From assembly GCF_055900595.2 (NCBI RefSeq), contig NZ_CM148325.1: 64,000 bases of DNA; one strand, written 5' to 3'. Positions 1 to 12,984 of the stretch are shown piece by piece; position 1 is the stretch's first letter; every line of letters begins with the position of its first letter. The notes beneath the pieces are model-generated. The model was not told where the DNA came from and made no database searches. It saw only the letters and a list, made by a program, of their open reading frames with translations. The translations under genes and the position numbers were made by a program.

Positions 1-1
1 T

Positions 2-1036
2 ATAGTTCTGCATGTTCGCGCTGATGGCGATTATCTCTCTATCCGTGTGCGTGATACGGGGGTGGGGATTCCGGCGAAAGAAGTGGTGCGCTTGTTTGAT
101 CCCTTCTTCCAGGTCGGCACGGGCGTACAGCGTAACTTCCAGGGGACCGGTCTGGGGCTGGCGATTTGTGAAAAACTGATCAGCATGATGGACGGCGACA
201 TCTCGGTAGATTCAGAACCGGGAATGGGCAGCCAGTTTACCGTGCGTATTCCGTTGTACGGCGCTCAGTACCCGCAGAAAAAAGGCGTGGAAGGGTTGAG
301 TGGTAAACGCTGCTGGCTGGCGGTCCGCAATGCGTCGCTCTGTCAGTTCCTGGAAACCAGTTTGCAGCGTAGCGGCATCGTCGTTACAACATACGAAGGG
401 CAGGAACCGACTCCCGAAGATGTGTTAATCACTGACGAGGTAGTGAGCAAAAAATGGCAGGGTAGAGCGGTAGTGACCTTCTGTCGTCGCCATATTGGTA
501 TTCCGCTGGAGAAAGCGCCAGGGGAGTGGGTACACAGTGTGGCTGCACCGCATGAGCTACCGGCATTGTTGGCGCGTATTTATTTGATCGAGATGGAGAG
601 CGATGATCCTGCTAACGCTCTGCCGTCGACGGACAAAGCGGTCAGCGATAACGACGATATGATGATTCTGGTCGTGGATGATCATCCGATTAACCGGCGT
701 CTGCTTGCAGATCAGTTGGGATCGTTGGGCTATCAATGTAAAACCGCGAATGATGGCGTCGATGCGCTTAATGTACTTAGCAAGAATCATATTGATATCG
801 TGCTTAGCGACGTCAACATGCCAAATATGGATGGTTACCGCTTGACGCAACGCATTCGTCAGTTGGGGCTGACGTTGCCGGTAATCGGAGTAACTGCTAA
901 TGCGCTGGCTGAAGAGAAGCAGCGGTGTCTGGAGTCCGGTATGGACAGTTGCCTGTCGAAGCCGGTAACGCTGGATGTTATAAAACAGACACTGACGGTA
1001 TATGCCGAGAGGGTCAGGAAATCGCGGGAATCGTAG
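2..1036 (+). CDS. rcsC: Hybrid sensor histidine kinase RcsC, C-terminal part (5' end lies outside the window)
   Basis: Frame continues from window edge (…LHVRADGDYLSIRVRDTGVGIPAKE…); HATPase G-box GTGLGLAICEKLI; C-terminal receiver domain ILVVDDHPINRRLL…DIVLSDVNMPNMDGY; convergent with rcsB as in E. coli. Confidence 0.95.
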   Translation: MVLHVRADGDYLSIRVRDTGVGIPAKEVVRLFDPFFQVGTGVQRNFQGTGLGLAICEKLISMMDGDISVDSEPGMGSQFTVRIPLYGAQYPQKKGVEGLSGKRCWLAVRNASLCQFLETSLQRSGIVVTTYEGQEPTPEDVLITDEVVSKKWQGRAVVTFCRRHIGIPLEKAPGEWVHSVAAPHELPALLARIYLIEMESDDPANALPSTDKAVSDNDDMMILVVDDHPINRRLLADQLGSLGYQCKTANDGVDALNVLSKNHIDIVLSDVNMPNMDGYRLTQRIRQLGLTLPVIGVTANALAEEKQRCLESGMDSCLSKPVTLDVIKQTLTVYAERVRKSRES

Positions 1037-1250
1037 GCTTATAAGACATTTACGCCGCATCTGGCATTCAGTGCAAATGCCAGACGCGACGCTGGTGCGT
1101 CTTATCTGGCCTACTTTGTTGTAATCCATTGAAATAATGGGAATCGTAGGCCGGATGAGGCGTTTACGCCGCATCCGGCATTCAGTGCAAATGCCAGATG
1201 CGACGCTGACGCGTCTTATCTGGCCTACAGATGATTAGTCTTTATCTGCC
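1027..1250. repeat. REP/BIME-type palindromic repeat, about 112-bp unit in two tandem copies; first copy includes the last 10 nt of rcsC
   Basis: gggaatcgtagg…gccgcatc(t/c)ggcattcagtgcaaatgccagacgcgacgctg…cgtcttatctggcctac occurs twice (from about 1027 and 1139); imperfect palindromes typical of REP elements between convergent genes. Confidence 0.8.
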
Positions 1251-1885
1251 GGACTTAAGGTCACAGAAGAGAGATAATTCAGCAGAGCGATATCGTTCTC
1301 GACACCCAGTTTCATCATCGCAGATTTCTTCTGGCTACTGATGGTTTTAATACTGCGGTTCAGCTTTTTAGCGATCTCGGTCACCAGGAAACCTTCCGCA
1401 AACAGGCGCAGAACTTCACTCTCTTTTGGCGAGAGACGCTTGTCACCATAACCGCCAGCACTGATTTTTTCTAACAGGCGAGAAACGCTTTCCGGGGTAA
1501 ATTTCTTCCCTTTCTGCAGCGCGGCGAGAGCTTTCGGCAGATCGGTCGGTGCACCTTGTTTCAGCACGATCCCTTCGATATCCAGATCCAATACCGCACT
1601 AAGAATCGCCGGGTTGTTGTTCATGGTCAGAACGATGATCGACAGGCTTGGGAAATGGCGCTTGATGTACTTGATTAAGGTAATTCCATCGCCGTACTTA
1701 TCGCCGGGCATGGAGAGATCGGTAATCAACACATGCGCATCCAGTTTCGGCAGGTTGTTGATCAGTGCTGTAGAGTCTTCAAATTCGCCGACAACATTCA
1801 CCCACTCAATTTGCTCAAGTGATTTGCGAATACCGAACAAGACTATCGGATGGTCATCGGCAATAATTACGTTCATATTGTTCAT
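1235..1885 (-). CDS. rcsB: Response regulator RcsB (LuxR/FixJ family), 216 aa
   Basis: Start placed at MNNMNVIIADDHPIVLFGIRKSL (receiver domain); C-terminal LuxR HTH LSPKESEVLRLFAEGFLVTEIAKKLNRSIKTISSQKKSAMMKLGV; the ORF track extends 15 aa upstream of the likely start. Confidence 0.96.
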   Translation of the reverse strand: MNNMNVIIADDHPIVLFGIRKSLEQIEWVNVVGEFEDSTALINNLPKLDAHVLITDLSMPGDKYGDGITLIKYIKRHFPSLSIIVLTMNNNPAILSAVLDLDIEGIVLKQGAPTDLPKALAALQKGKKFTPESVSRLLEKISAGGYGDKRLSPKESEVLRLFAEGFLVTEIAKKLNRSIKTISSQKKSAMMKLGVENDIALLNYLSSVTLSPADKD

Positions 1886-1901
1886 GTAATAGGCTACCTT
1901 G

Positions 1902-4574
1902 CTACAGCAAGCTCTTGACATAACTGTCAATGTCGCTGATGTATTTTTCTATTCCTGGAACATCCTTCTCACGAATCAGATGTTCCAGCGTTTCACATAA
2001 CTGCTTGCCGGGTACCAGATTTAGCATGGCAAATACGCCTTTAAGACGATGAGCCGTTTGGGCTAACGCAGCAAAGTCACTGGTTGCTGCTTCAGTATAC
2101 AGCCTCTTAACATCATCCGGTACTGTGTCTACAAAGAGCGCATAATAGCCGCTGGCATGGAGTTGCGCATTTTCATCTCCGCCCAGAGGCGATTCTGTCA
2201 CCTCTTCCTGCGCCAGTTGCACTTCAATTAATTGTAAGACCGCTTCCTGCATAGCGTTGCTCATATTGAAGTTGACGCACAATTGACCAGGCCCAATTTC
2301 CCGTACGCCAGACTCATCATCGCTTAAAAGCAAGCCAGAGGCAGTAAGATTAGACGGATTATCCGTTAAAAAGATATCATAATCTTGACTAATTAATCTT
2401 TCATCGGGTGTGATACAGGTTGCACCCCAATTTTCTAACTGGCGAGTGACAATATTCCGAATTTCTGCCGAAGTAACATCCACCATTATGCAGACATCAT
2501 CCAGTAATCGTTCTTCTTCCTCTTCAACTTCCGGGTCAGCTGCGAGCATTTTGATATGCACAGAGTAGCGTGTACCAAGCCCATCCCGCGTTTTGATGTT
2601 TAAATGACCGCCCAGTTTACGCGCCAGTTGATCGCTCAGCCAGAATGCCAGCGGGTCCGCCTTGCCAAAGCGATCGTTTTGGGTCTGGTTGATAAACGGG
2701 AAGTGCAAATTATCCATTTCATGAATGCTTACGCCTTCTCCGGTGTCCAGAATGCGGAACGTCAGGCGGTCTTCGGAGGACTCATCCTGATCAACCTCAA
2801 GGGTGATTTTTCCCAATTGCGTTGAGGTCACGGCATATTGCATCAGTAGTAGCAAAATACGTCGTAAGGCATCGCGATCGCCGCGGCGCATATCGTGTGC
2901 TTTCAGATGATTGTTAATCAGCAGTTGCAGACCTTTACGCTTGATGGCAGGCAATACTGAAGGCACAACTTCATCAATCAAATCCTGCACGGAGAACAGC
3001 TCCGTCTCACTTTTCCAGCTATCGTCCGCAAGCATATTCGCTAACTGTATTTCATCGACCAGCCGCACCAGCACATCTGCCTGATTCGCCAGTTGTTTGC
3101 CTTCCGGGGCGTTGAGTTTAGCCGCGCTCTCCGCCAGGGACTGTGCGGGTTCTTTCAGCGCATCACCAATGTTTTTCATAAAGGTCATCCGCCCCTGCTG
3201 GTTTTTCTCATACAGACGCTGCGCCTGCTTGAGTTTCTTGTTTACCAGCACTTCGCGATCCTGATCGCGAATAATGAAAATTTGTGTGCGCGGCGCAACC
3301 TGGCTGCGGAACATGCGGATCTCATACAGCTCGTTATTGATCGTCGCCTGAATAATCCCCTGATGCTGTTCCGCCATGGTGGTGATGTTTTGCAGATTCA
3401 AATGCGGCAGCAAATGATCGGCAATTTTGTTACTTATGACAGTGCGGTTCGATTCCTGATCGTGAACCAGCAGGCCGAGCGGCAGCAGTGAGACTATCTC
3501 TTCATTAATTGCCCGTAAAATGCGCAATTCGTTATTGACCGCCGTGCTGGGGACGCTTTCTGTACTGCGGCTGGAGAAATGGCGGAATGTGGTATAGCCA
3601 AATAACGCCAGCGCCAGCAAACCGATGTTCAGCAGCAGTGGCAGCAGAATGTTTTGCAACGTATCCAGCAATAAGGTGCCATAAGGAACCTGCCAGACCA
3701 GGCGCATATCGGTAGAGTTGAGTGCCGAGGAGATTTCAATCTTCGTACTGTTAAAGTGGATACTGACGCTATCCGTCCCTTCTTTCTCATTTTCATTGTT
3801 TCCCGTTGCCGTCGCGTCTGGCTCAAGGCGGAAACTGTCCAGCGGCATACCCGGTGGGATCAAATCATTAATCGGCAGATCAAAAGCAACGACCGTTGCC
3901 AGATGTCCCGGCTGGTTGAACGTGGTACGCAAGGTAAAGTAATGACCGTTCTGCCAGGCCAGGCGGCGCAGGTTAGAAAAACTTTCGCGTTCATCGAGGG
4001 CGTTGGCCTGTTGCAACATCTCTGCACGACGTGAATCAACAATGTCGCTGACGGTCGATTCTTTAAATCCGGAGGTGAGATCTTTGAGGGGCAGGGTCGA
4101 GATCAGCACCAGACTGTTATCCTGACCATTCAGGTAATACATCGACCACGGTATATTTTCTGCGCCCCACAATGTGTCCAGATAGGTGGACATCCGTTGA
4201 GTCATCTCAAGCGTTGAGTTGTCGTGAGAGCCAAAGATTAACGCTTCCGTTTTGCGGCGTGGTTTTTCCAGATAGTAGACATCCTGTTTCAGGCGCGTCT
4301 CTTGTAAACCTTCGCCGGAGGAGGGGGAAGTCGTCGCGGCAATGTTGTCGTAGATCTGCCAGGTCACGTAACGCCAGGTATCGACGCGCTTTTGGATTGC
4401 GTGGGTAATGTCGACAATCTGGTAACTTTTATCTTTCAGCCAGGCGTTAACGGCGCTTTGTACCATTACACCCATCGTCACCAGTAACACAATGATCAAC
4501 AGTAAAAAGAAGCGGGTAATGCTCCCCGGTAGGAGTGAAAAGCGGGTCGTGGCCGTTGTCTCTTTCTGACGCAT
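1902..4574 (-). CDS. rcsD: Phosphotransfer intermediate protein RcsD (YojN), 890 aa
   Basis: 890-aa ORF 16 bp upstream of rcsB on the same strand; N-terminal TM segment, degenerate kinase-like core, C-terminal Hpt region …AQTAHRLKGVFAMLNL…. Confidence 0.95.
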   Translation of the reverse strand: MRQKETTATTRFSLLPGSITRFFLLLIIVLLVTMGVMVQSAVNAWLKDKSYQIVDITHAIQKRVDTWRYVTWQIYDNIAATTSPSSGEGLQETRLKQDVYYLEKPRRKTEALIFGSHDNSTLEMTQRMSTYLDTLWGAENIPWSMYYLNGQDNSLVLISTLPLKDLTSGFKESTVSDIVDSRRAEMLQQANALDERESFSNLRRLAWQNGHYFTLRTTFNQPGHLATVVAFDLPINDLIPPGMPLDSFRLEPDATATGNNENEKEGTDSVSIHFNSTKIEISSALNSTDMRLVWQVPYGTLLLDTLQNILLPLLLNIGLLALALFGYTTFRHFSSRSTESVPSTAVNNELRILRAINEEIVSLLPLGLLVHDQESNRTVISNKIADHLLPHLNLQNITTMAEQHQGIIQATINNELYEIRMFRSQVAPRTQIFIIRDQDREVLVNKKLKQAQRLYEKNQQGRMTFMKNIGDALKEPAQSLAESAAKLNAPEGKQLANQADVLVRLVDEIQLANMLADDSWKSETELFSVQDLIDEVVPSVLPAIKRKGLQLLINNHLKAHDMRRGDRDALRRILLLLMQYAVTSTQLGKITLEVDQDESSEDRLTFRILDTGEGVSIHEMDNLHFPFINQTQNDRFGKADPLAFWLSDQLARKLGGHLNIKTRDGLGTRYSVHIKMLAADPEVEEEEERLLDDVCIMVDVTSAEIRNIVTRQLENWGATCITPDERLISQDYDIFLTDNPSNLTASGLLLSDDESGVREIGPGQLCVNFNMSNAMQEAVLQLIEVQLAQEEVTESPLGGDENAQLHASGYYALFVDTVPDDVKRLYTEAATSDFAALAQTAHRLKGVFAMLNLVPGKQLCETLEHLIREKDVPGIEKYISDIDSYVKSLL

Positions 4575-4886
4575 TCGTGTTTATGACCTGTTAAAACTTC
4601 GCGAAGTGATAGGGCAGTATAAAGGGTACAGTGTGAAATTCCAGACTCTTACCTGATTGATGATTCTCTATTCTCCCGTGATATTTATCATCCTGCATTG
4701 GGGGAAATAGATGTACAAGCGCCATTTTGCTGTACAAATAACCTACAAAAAGCCTAACGAAATTAATTGCAAATAAACGAAGATTGCTGGAAATTATGCT
4801 GATGTTAATTATTTGTGAAATAGTTAACAAGCGTTATAGTTTTTCTGTGGTAGCACAGAATAATGAAAATTGTGTAAAGAAGGGTA

Positions 4887-4979
4887 AAAAAAAACCGGAT
4901 GCGAGGCATCCGGTTGAAATAGGGGTAAACAGACATTCAGAAATGAATGACGGTAATAAATAAAGTTAATGATGATAGC
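4887..4979 (-). ncRNA. micF: MicF antisense sRNA (about 93 nt) divergent from ompC
   Basis: Reverse complement reads GCTATCATCATTAACTTTATTTATTACCGTCATTCATTTCTGAATGTCTGTTTACCCCTATTTCAACCGGATGCCTCGCATCCGGTTTTTTTT, which matches my memory of micF including its terminator hairpin and U-tract. Confidence 0.9.
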
Positions 4980-5134
4980 GGGAGATATTCTAGTTGCGAG
5001 TGAAGGTTTTGTTTTGACATTCAGTGCTGTCAAATACTTAAGAATAAGTTATTGATTTTAACCTTGAATTATTATTGCTTGATGTTAGGTGCTTATTTCG
5101 CCATTCCGCAATAATCTTAAAAAGTTCCCTTGTA

Positions 5135-5195
5135 TTTACATTCTGAAACATCTATAGCGATAAATGAAACATCTTAAAAGTTTTAGTATCATATT
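5135..5195 (+). promoter_or_regulatory. OmpR-binding boxes C1-C2-C3 of the ompC promoter
   Basis: tttacattctgaaacatcta / agcgataaatgaaacatctt / aaaagttttagtatcatatt: three tandem roughly 20-bp sites with the GAAACAT core, about 120 bp upstream of the ompC start. Confidence 0.8.
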
Positions 5196-5298
5196 CGTGT
5201 TGGATTATTCTGCATTTTTGGGGAGAATGGACTTGCCGACTGATTAATGAGGGTTAATCAGTATGCAGTGGCATAAAAAAGCAAATAAAGGCATATAA

Positions 5299-6441
<1,143 letters not shown>

Positions 6442-6459
6442 TCTCGATTGATATCGAAC

Positions 6460-6483
6460 AAAGGGCCTGCGGGCCCTTTTTTC
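6460..6483 (+). terminator. Rho-independent terminator of ompC
   Basis: aagggcctgcgggccc hairpin followed by tttttt immediately after the ompC stop. Confidence 0.85.
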
Positions 6484-6552
6484 ATTGTTTTCAGCGTACA
6501 AACACAGTTTTTTGGTGTACTCTTGCGACCGTTCGCATGAGGATAATCACGT

Positions 6553-7608
6553 ATGGAAATAAGCTTTACCCGCGTGGCACTGCTGGCTGCCGTGCTCTTC
6601 TTTGTTGGTTGCGATCAAAAACCACAACCCGCCAAAACCCACGCTATTGAAGTTACCGTTCTCGAAGGCAAAACCATGGGTACCTTCTGGCGTGCCAGCA
6701 TTCCGGGCATTGACGCCAAACGCAGTGCCGGACTTAAAGAAAAGATTCAGACCCAGCTGGACGCTGACGATCAGCTGCTTTCGACCTATAAAAAAGATTC
6801 CGCGCTGATGCGATTTAACGACTCGCAAAGTTTATCGCCGTGGCCGGTAAGTGAAGCGATGGCCGATATCGTCACTACCTCGCTGCGCATTGGCGCAAGG
6901 ACCGATGGTGCGATGGATATAACCGTCGGGCCGCTGGTGAATCTGTGGGGCTTTGGCCCGGAACAACAGCCGGTTCAAATTCCGAGCCAGGAACAGATCG
7001 ATGCGATGAAAGCCAAAACCGGCTTACAGCACCTGACGGTCATTAATCAGTCGCATCAGCAATATCTGCAAAAAGACCTGCCGGAATTATATGTCGATCT
7101 CTCCACCGTCGGCGAAGGCTATGCGGCGGATCATCTGGCACGCTTGATGGAGCAGGAAGGGATTTCCCGCTATCTGGTGTCGGTGGGCGGCGCGCTGAAC
7201 AGCCGTGGTATGAACGGTGAAGGCCAGCCGTGGCGGGTAGCGATTCAAAAACCAACCGATAAAGAAAACGCGGTTCAGGCCGTGGTGGATATCAACGGTC
7301 ATGGCATTAGCACCTCTGGCAGCTACCGTAACTATTACGAACTGGACGGCAAACGTCTTTCCCATGTTATCGATCCGCAAACCGGGCGTCCCATCGAACA
7401 CAATCTGGTATCCGTGACGGTGATTGCCCCGACGGCGCTGGAAGCCGATGCCTGGGATACTGGCTTAATGGTACTCGGGCCGGAGAAAGCCAAAGAGGTT
7501 GTTCGCCGGGAAGGGCTGGCGGTTTATATGATCACCAAAGAGGGCGATAGCTTTAAAACCTGGATGTCGCCGCAGTTTAAAAGCTTCCTTATCAGCGAAA
7601 AAAATTAA
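6553..7608 (+). CDS. apbE: FAD:protein FMN transferase ApbE (lipoprotein), 351 aa
   Basis: Lipoprotein signal with lipobox LFFVGCDQ; 351-aa ApbE-like sequence; synteny ompC-apbE-ada. Confidence 0.93.
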   Translation: MEISFTRVALLAAVLFFVGCDQKPQPAKTHAIEVTVLEGKTMGTFWRASIPGIDAKRSAGLKEKIQTQLDADDQLLSTYKKDSALMRFNDSQSLSPWPVSEAMADIVTTSLRIGARTDGAMDITVGPLVNLWGFGPEQQPVQIPSQEQIDAMKAKTGLQHLTVINQSHQQYLQKDLPELYVDLSTVGEGYAADHLARLMEQEGISRYLVSVGGALNSRGMNGEGQPWRVAIQKPTDKENAVQAVVDINGHGISTSGSYRNYYELDGKRLSHVIDPQTGRPIEHNLVSVTVIAPTALEADAWDTGLMVLGPEKAKEVVRREGLAVYMITKEGDSFKTWMSPQFKSFLISEKN

Positions 7609-7681
7609 AGCGCAAGATTGTTGGTTTTTGCGTGATGGTGACCGGGCAGACTAAAGGCTATCCTTAACCAGGGAGCTGATT
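7600..7681 (+). promoter_or_regulatory. ada promoter with Ada box (AAANNAAAGCGCA)
   Basis: aaaaattaaagcgcaagattg at 7600-7620 overlapping the apbE stop codon, followed by RBS ggga before the ada ATG; matches the ada-regulon operator consensus. Confidence 0.75.
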
Positions 7682-8746
7682 ATGAAAAACGCCACATGCT
7701 TAACTGACGATCAACGCTGGCAATCTGTCTTAGCCCGCGACCCGAACGCCGACGGCGAATTCGTTTTCGCCGTGCGCACCACGGGTATTTTTTGCCGTCC
7801 GTCTTGCCGAGCCAGACATGCCTTGCGGGAAAATGTCTCCTTCTACGCAAATGCCAGCGAGGCACTCGCCGCCGGATTTCGCCCCTGCAAACGTTGTCAG
7901 CCAGACAAAGCCAATCCCCGGCAACATCGCCTTGATAAAATTACCCACGCCTGCCGACTGCTGGAACAGGAAACGCCTGTAACGCTGGAAGCCTTAGCCG
8001 ACCAGGTGGCGATGAGTCCGTTCCATCTGCATCGGTTGTTTAAAGCGACTACCGGAATGACGCCTAAAGCCTGGCAACAGGCCTGGCGCGCTCGCCGTTT
8101 GCGTGAATCGCTGGCGAAAGGGGAGAGCGTGACGACGTCTATTCTTAACGCCGGATTCCCCGACAGCAGCAGTTACTACCGCAAAGCTGACGAAACGCTG
8201 GGCATGACGGCTAAACAATTCCGTCATGGTGGCGAAAATCTGGCGGTGCGTTACGCGCTGGCTGATTGTGAGCTGGGCCGTTGCCTGGTGGCAGAAAGCG
8301 AGCGGGGGATTTGCGCGATATTGCTGGGCGATGATGACGCGACGCTAATCAGCGAGTTGCAGCAGATGTTTCCCGCTGCCGACAACGCGCCTGCCGATCT
8401 GACGTTTCAGCAACATGTGCGTGAAGTGATCGCCAGTCTCAATCAACGCGATACGCCGCTGACGTTACCGCTGGACATTCGCGGCACTGCTTTTCAGCAA
8501 CAAGTCTGGCAGGCACTGCGCACGATACCTTGTGGTGAAACCGTCAGTTATCAGCAACTGGCGAACGCCATCGGCAAACCGAAAGCGGTACGGGCCGTTG
8601 CCAGCGCCTGTGCAGCCAACAAGCTCGCTATCGTAATACCCTGTCATCGGGTAGTCCATGGTGATGGCACACTTTCCGGTTACCGCTGGGGCGTGTCGCG
8701 CAAAGCGCAACTGCTGCGCCGTGAAGCTGAAAATGAGGAGAGGTAA
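7682..8746 (+). CDS. ada: Bifunctional transcriptional activator / O6-methylguanine-DNA methyltransferase Ada, 354 aa
   Basis: N-terminal zinc Cys cluster CRPSCRARH…FRPCKRC, AraC-type HTH, C-terminal methyl-acceptor motif PCHRVV. Confidence 0.97.
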   Translation: MKNATCLTDDQRWQSVLARDPNADGEFVFAVRTTGIFCRPSCRARHALRENVSFYANASEALAAGFRPCKRCQPDKANPRQHRLDKITHACRLLEQETPVTLEALADQVAMSPFHLHRLFKATTGMTPKAWQQAWRARRLRESLAKGESVTTSILNAGFPDSSSYYRKADETLGMTAKQFRHGGENLAVRYALADCELGRCLVAESERGICAILLGDDDATLISELQQMFPAADNAPADLTFQQHVREVIASLNQRDTPLTLPLDIRGTAFQQQVWQALRTIPCGETVSYQQLANAIGKPKAVRAVASACAANKLAIVIPCHRVVHGDGTLSGYRWGVSRKAQLLRREAENEER

Positions 8747-9396
8747 TGTTGGATCTGTTTGCCGATGCTGAACCGTGGCAAGAGCCACTGGCGGCTGGTG
8801 CGGTGATTTTGCACCGTTTTGCTTTTAACGCTGCGGAGCAACTGATCCGCGATATTAATGACGTTGCCAGCCAGTCGCCGTTTCGCCAGATGGTCACTCC
8901 AGGCGGATATACCATGTCGGTGGCGATGACCAACTGTGGGCATCTGGGCTGGACGACCAATCGGCAAGGTTATCTCTATTCGCCCATTGATCCGCAAACA
9001 AATAAACCGTGGCCCGCCATGCCGCAGAGTTTTCATAATTTATGTCAACGTGCGGCTACGGCGGCGGGCTATCCAGATTTCCAACCTGATGCTTGCCTCA
9101 TCAACCGCTACGCTCCTGGCGCGAAACTGTCGCTGCATCAGGATAAAGACGAACAGGATCTGCGTGCGCCAATAGTTTCTGTTTCTCTGGGCTTACCCGC
9201 GATTTTTCAATTTGGTGGCCTGAAACGAAATGATCCGCTCAAACGTTTATTGCTGGAACATGGCGATGTGGTGGTATGGGGCGGTGAATCGCGGCTGTTT
9301 TATCACGGCATTCAACCGTTGAAAGCGGGCTTTCATCCACTCACCGCCGACTGCCGCTACAACCTGACATTCCGTCAGGCAGGTAAAAAAGAATAA
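8746..9396 (+). CDS. alkB: Fe(II)/2-oxoglutarate-dependent DNA/RNA demethylase AlkB, 216 aa
   Basis: Start overlaps the ada stop (ATGTTGGATCTG…); HxD motif within LSLHQDKDE; conserved ada-alkB operon. Confidence 0.97.
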   Translation: MLDLFADAEPWQEPLAAGAVILHRFAFNAAEQLIRDINDVASQSPFRQMVTPGGYTMSVAMTNCGHLGWTTNRQGYLYSPIDPQTNKPWPAMPQSFHNLCQRAATAAGYPDFQPDACLINRYAPGAKLSLHQDKDEQDLRAPIVSVSLGLPAIFQFGGLKRNDPLKRLLLEHGDVVVWGGESRLFYHGIQPLKAGFHPLTADCRYNLTFRQAGKKE

Positions 9397-9471
9397 AAAT
9401 AAGAATTATTATTGCTGTGCGCGCGGAGATGTTTAAACTGCGGGCTGTAATTCATTGTCCGGGTTTTTTGC

Positions 9472-11115
9472 ATGGAACTTCTTGTACTTGTCTGGCGGCA
9501 GTATCGCTGGCCATTTATCAGTGTGATGGCGCTAAGCCTCGCCAGTGCGGCATTAGGCATTGGCTTAATTGCTTTTATCAATCAGCGCCTTATCGAAACG
9601 GCGGATACCAGTCTGCTGGTGTTGCCGGAGTTTCTCGGTTTATTGCTGCTGCTAATGGCGGTGACGCTAGGTTCGCAACTGGCGCTCACCACTCTGGGGC
9701 ATCATTTCGTTTACCGACTGCGTAGCGAATTTATCAAGCGGATACTGGATACTCACGTCGAGCGTATCGAACAACTTGGTAGCGCCTCGTTGCTGGCGGG
9801 GTTAACCAGCGATGTGCGCAATATCACTATTGCGTTTGTTCGTCTGCCAGAACTGGTGCAGGGGATCATTCTCACTATCGGTTCGGCGGCGTATCTGTGG
9901 ATGCTGTCGGGCAAGATGTTGCTGGTAACGGCTATCTGGATGGCGGTCACCATCTGGGGCGGTTTTGTACTGGTGGCGCGGGTTTACAAACATATGGCGA
10001 CCCTGCGTGAAACCGAAGACAAGCTGTACACGGACTTTCAAACCGTGTTGGAAGGGCGCAAAGAACTGACTCTGAACCGTGAACGCGCCGAGTATGTGTT
10101 TAACAACCTCTACATTCCTGATGCGCAAGAGTATCGCCATCATATCATCCGCGCAGACACCTTCCATCTTAGTGCTGTGAACTGGTCAAACATCATGATG
10201 CTGGGCGCAATCGGCCTGGTGTTCTGGATGGCGAACAGTCTCGGTTGGGCTGATACCAACGTTGCCGCGACCTATTCGCTAACGCTGTTATTTCTGCGTA
10301 CGCCGCTGCTTTCGGCGGTTGGTGCGTTGCCGACGCTGCTGACGGCGCAGGTAGCGTTTAACAAGCTGAATAAATTCGCGCTCGCACCTTTCAAAGCTGA
10401 GTTTCCGCGTCCGCAGACGTTTCTCAACTGGCAAACGCTGGAGCTGCGCAATGTTACGTTTGCTTATCAGGATAACGCGTTTTCCGTTGGGCCGATTAAC
10501 CTCACCATTAAACGTGGCGAACTGCTGTTTCTGATTGGCGGCAACGGTAGCGGAAAATCGACACTGGCGATGTTGCTGACGGGCTTGTATCAACCACAAA
10601 GCGGCGAAATTTTGCTGGATGGCAAACCTGTCAGCGGCGAACAACCGGAAGATTATCGCAAACTGTTTTCGGCAGTGTTTACCGATGTCTGGTTGTTTGA
10701 TCAACTGCTGGGGCCGGAGGGGAAACCTGCTAACCCGCAACTGGTTGAGAAGTGGCTGGCGCAGCTGAAAATGGCTCATAAGCTTGAGTTAAGCAACGGG
10801 CGTATTGTTAACCTGAAGTTATCAAAAGGGCAGAAAAAACGCGTCGCGCTGTTGCTGGCGCTGGCAGAAGAACGCGATATTATCCTGTTGGATGAATGGG
10901 CGGCGGATCAGGACCCACACTTCCGTCGTGAGTTTTATCAGGTGCTGCTGCCGCTGATGCAGGAGATGGGTAAAACGATTTTCGCCATCAGTCATGATGA
11001 TCATTACTTTATCCACGCTGACCGCCTGCTGGAAATGCGCAACGGGCTACTTAGCGAGCTGACAGGTGAAGAGCGCGATGCTGCTTCGCGTGATGCCGTT
11101 GCCCGGACGGCGTAA
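9472..11115 (+). CDS. yojI: ABC transporter, fused permease/ATPase YojI (microcin J25 efflux), 547 aa
   Basis: N-terminal TM domain; Walker [13 protein letters not shown] signature [12 protein letters not shown], Walker [13 protein letters not shown]. Confidence 0.93.
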   Translation: MELLVLVWRQYRWPFISVMALSLASAALGIGLIAFINQRLIETADTSLLVLPEFLGLLLLLMAVTLGSQLALTTLGHHFVYRLRSEFIKRILDTHVERIEQLGSASLLAGLTSDVRNITIAFVRLPELVQGIILTIGSAAYLWMLSGKMLLVTAIWMAVTIWGGFVLVARVYKHMATLRETEDKLYTDFQTVLEGRKELTLNRERAEYVFNNLYIPDAQEYRHHIIRADTFHLSAVNWSNIMMLGAIGLVFWMANSLGWADTNVAATYSLTLLFLRTPLLSAVGALPTLLTAQVAFNKLNKFALAPFKAEFPRPQTFLNWQTLELRNVTFAYQDNAFSVGPINLTIKRGELLFLIGGNGSGKSTLAMLLTGLYQPQSGEILLDGKPVSGEQPEDYRKLFSAVFTDVWLFDQLLGPEGKPANPQLVEKWLAQLKMAHKLELSNGRIVNLKLSKGQKKRVALLLALAEERDIILLDEWAADQDPHFRREFYQVLLPLMQEMGKTIFAISHDDHYFIHADRLLEMRNGLLSELTGEERDAASRDAVARTA

Positions 11116-11127
11116 TATTTCGACGCT

Positions 11128-11154
11128 GACCTGGCGGACTGCTGCCGCCAGGTC
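11128..11154 (+). terminator. Hairpin downstream of yojI (possible terminator, weak U-tract)
   Basis: gacctggcggactgctgccgccaggtc perfect stem-loop 12 bp after the yojI stop. Confidence 0.5.
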
Positions 11155-11320
11155 AATATTCTAAATAACCCTTCGTTTCTAATAACCCTATAATTAATCA
11201 ACGAAATTATAATGTTTCTAAAATTGGAATATAATTTATAAACATTATTTAAATGTTGTTACTTAAGTGTTACCGTTGATGCCGCGCAAATCTCACCTGC
11301 AATAAAGCGACTAAAAGTAA

Positions 11321-12979
<1,659 letters not shown>

Positions 12980-12984
12980 TGATG

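Noticed and set aside
557-1174. 205-aa minus-strand ORF overlapping the rcsC 3' end and the REP repeat
   Set aside because: Antisense to the rcsC receiver-domain coding region and running through palindromic repeats; no support as a gene.
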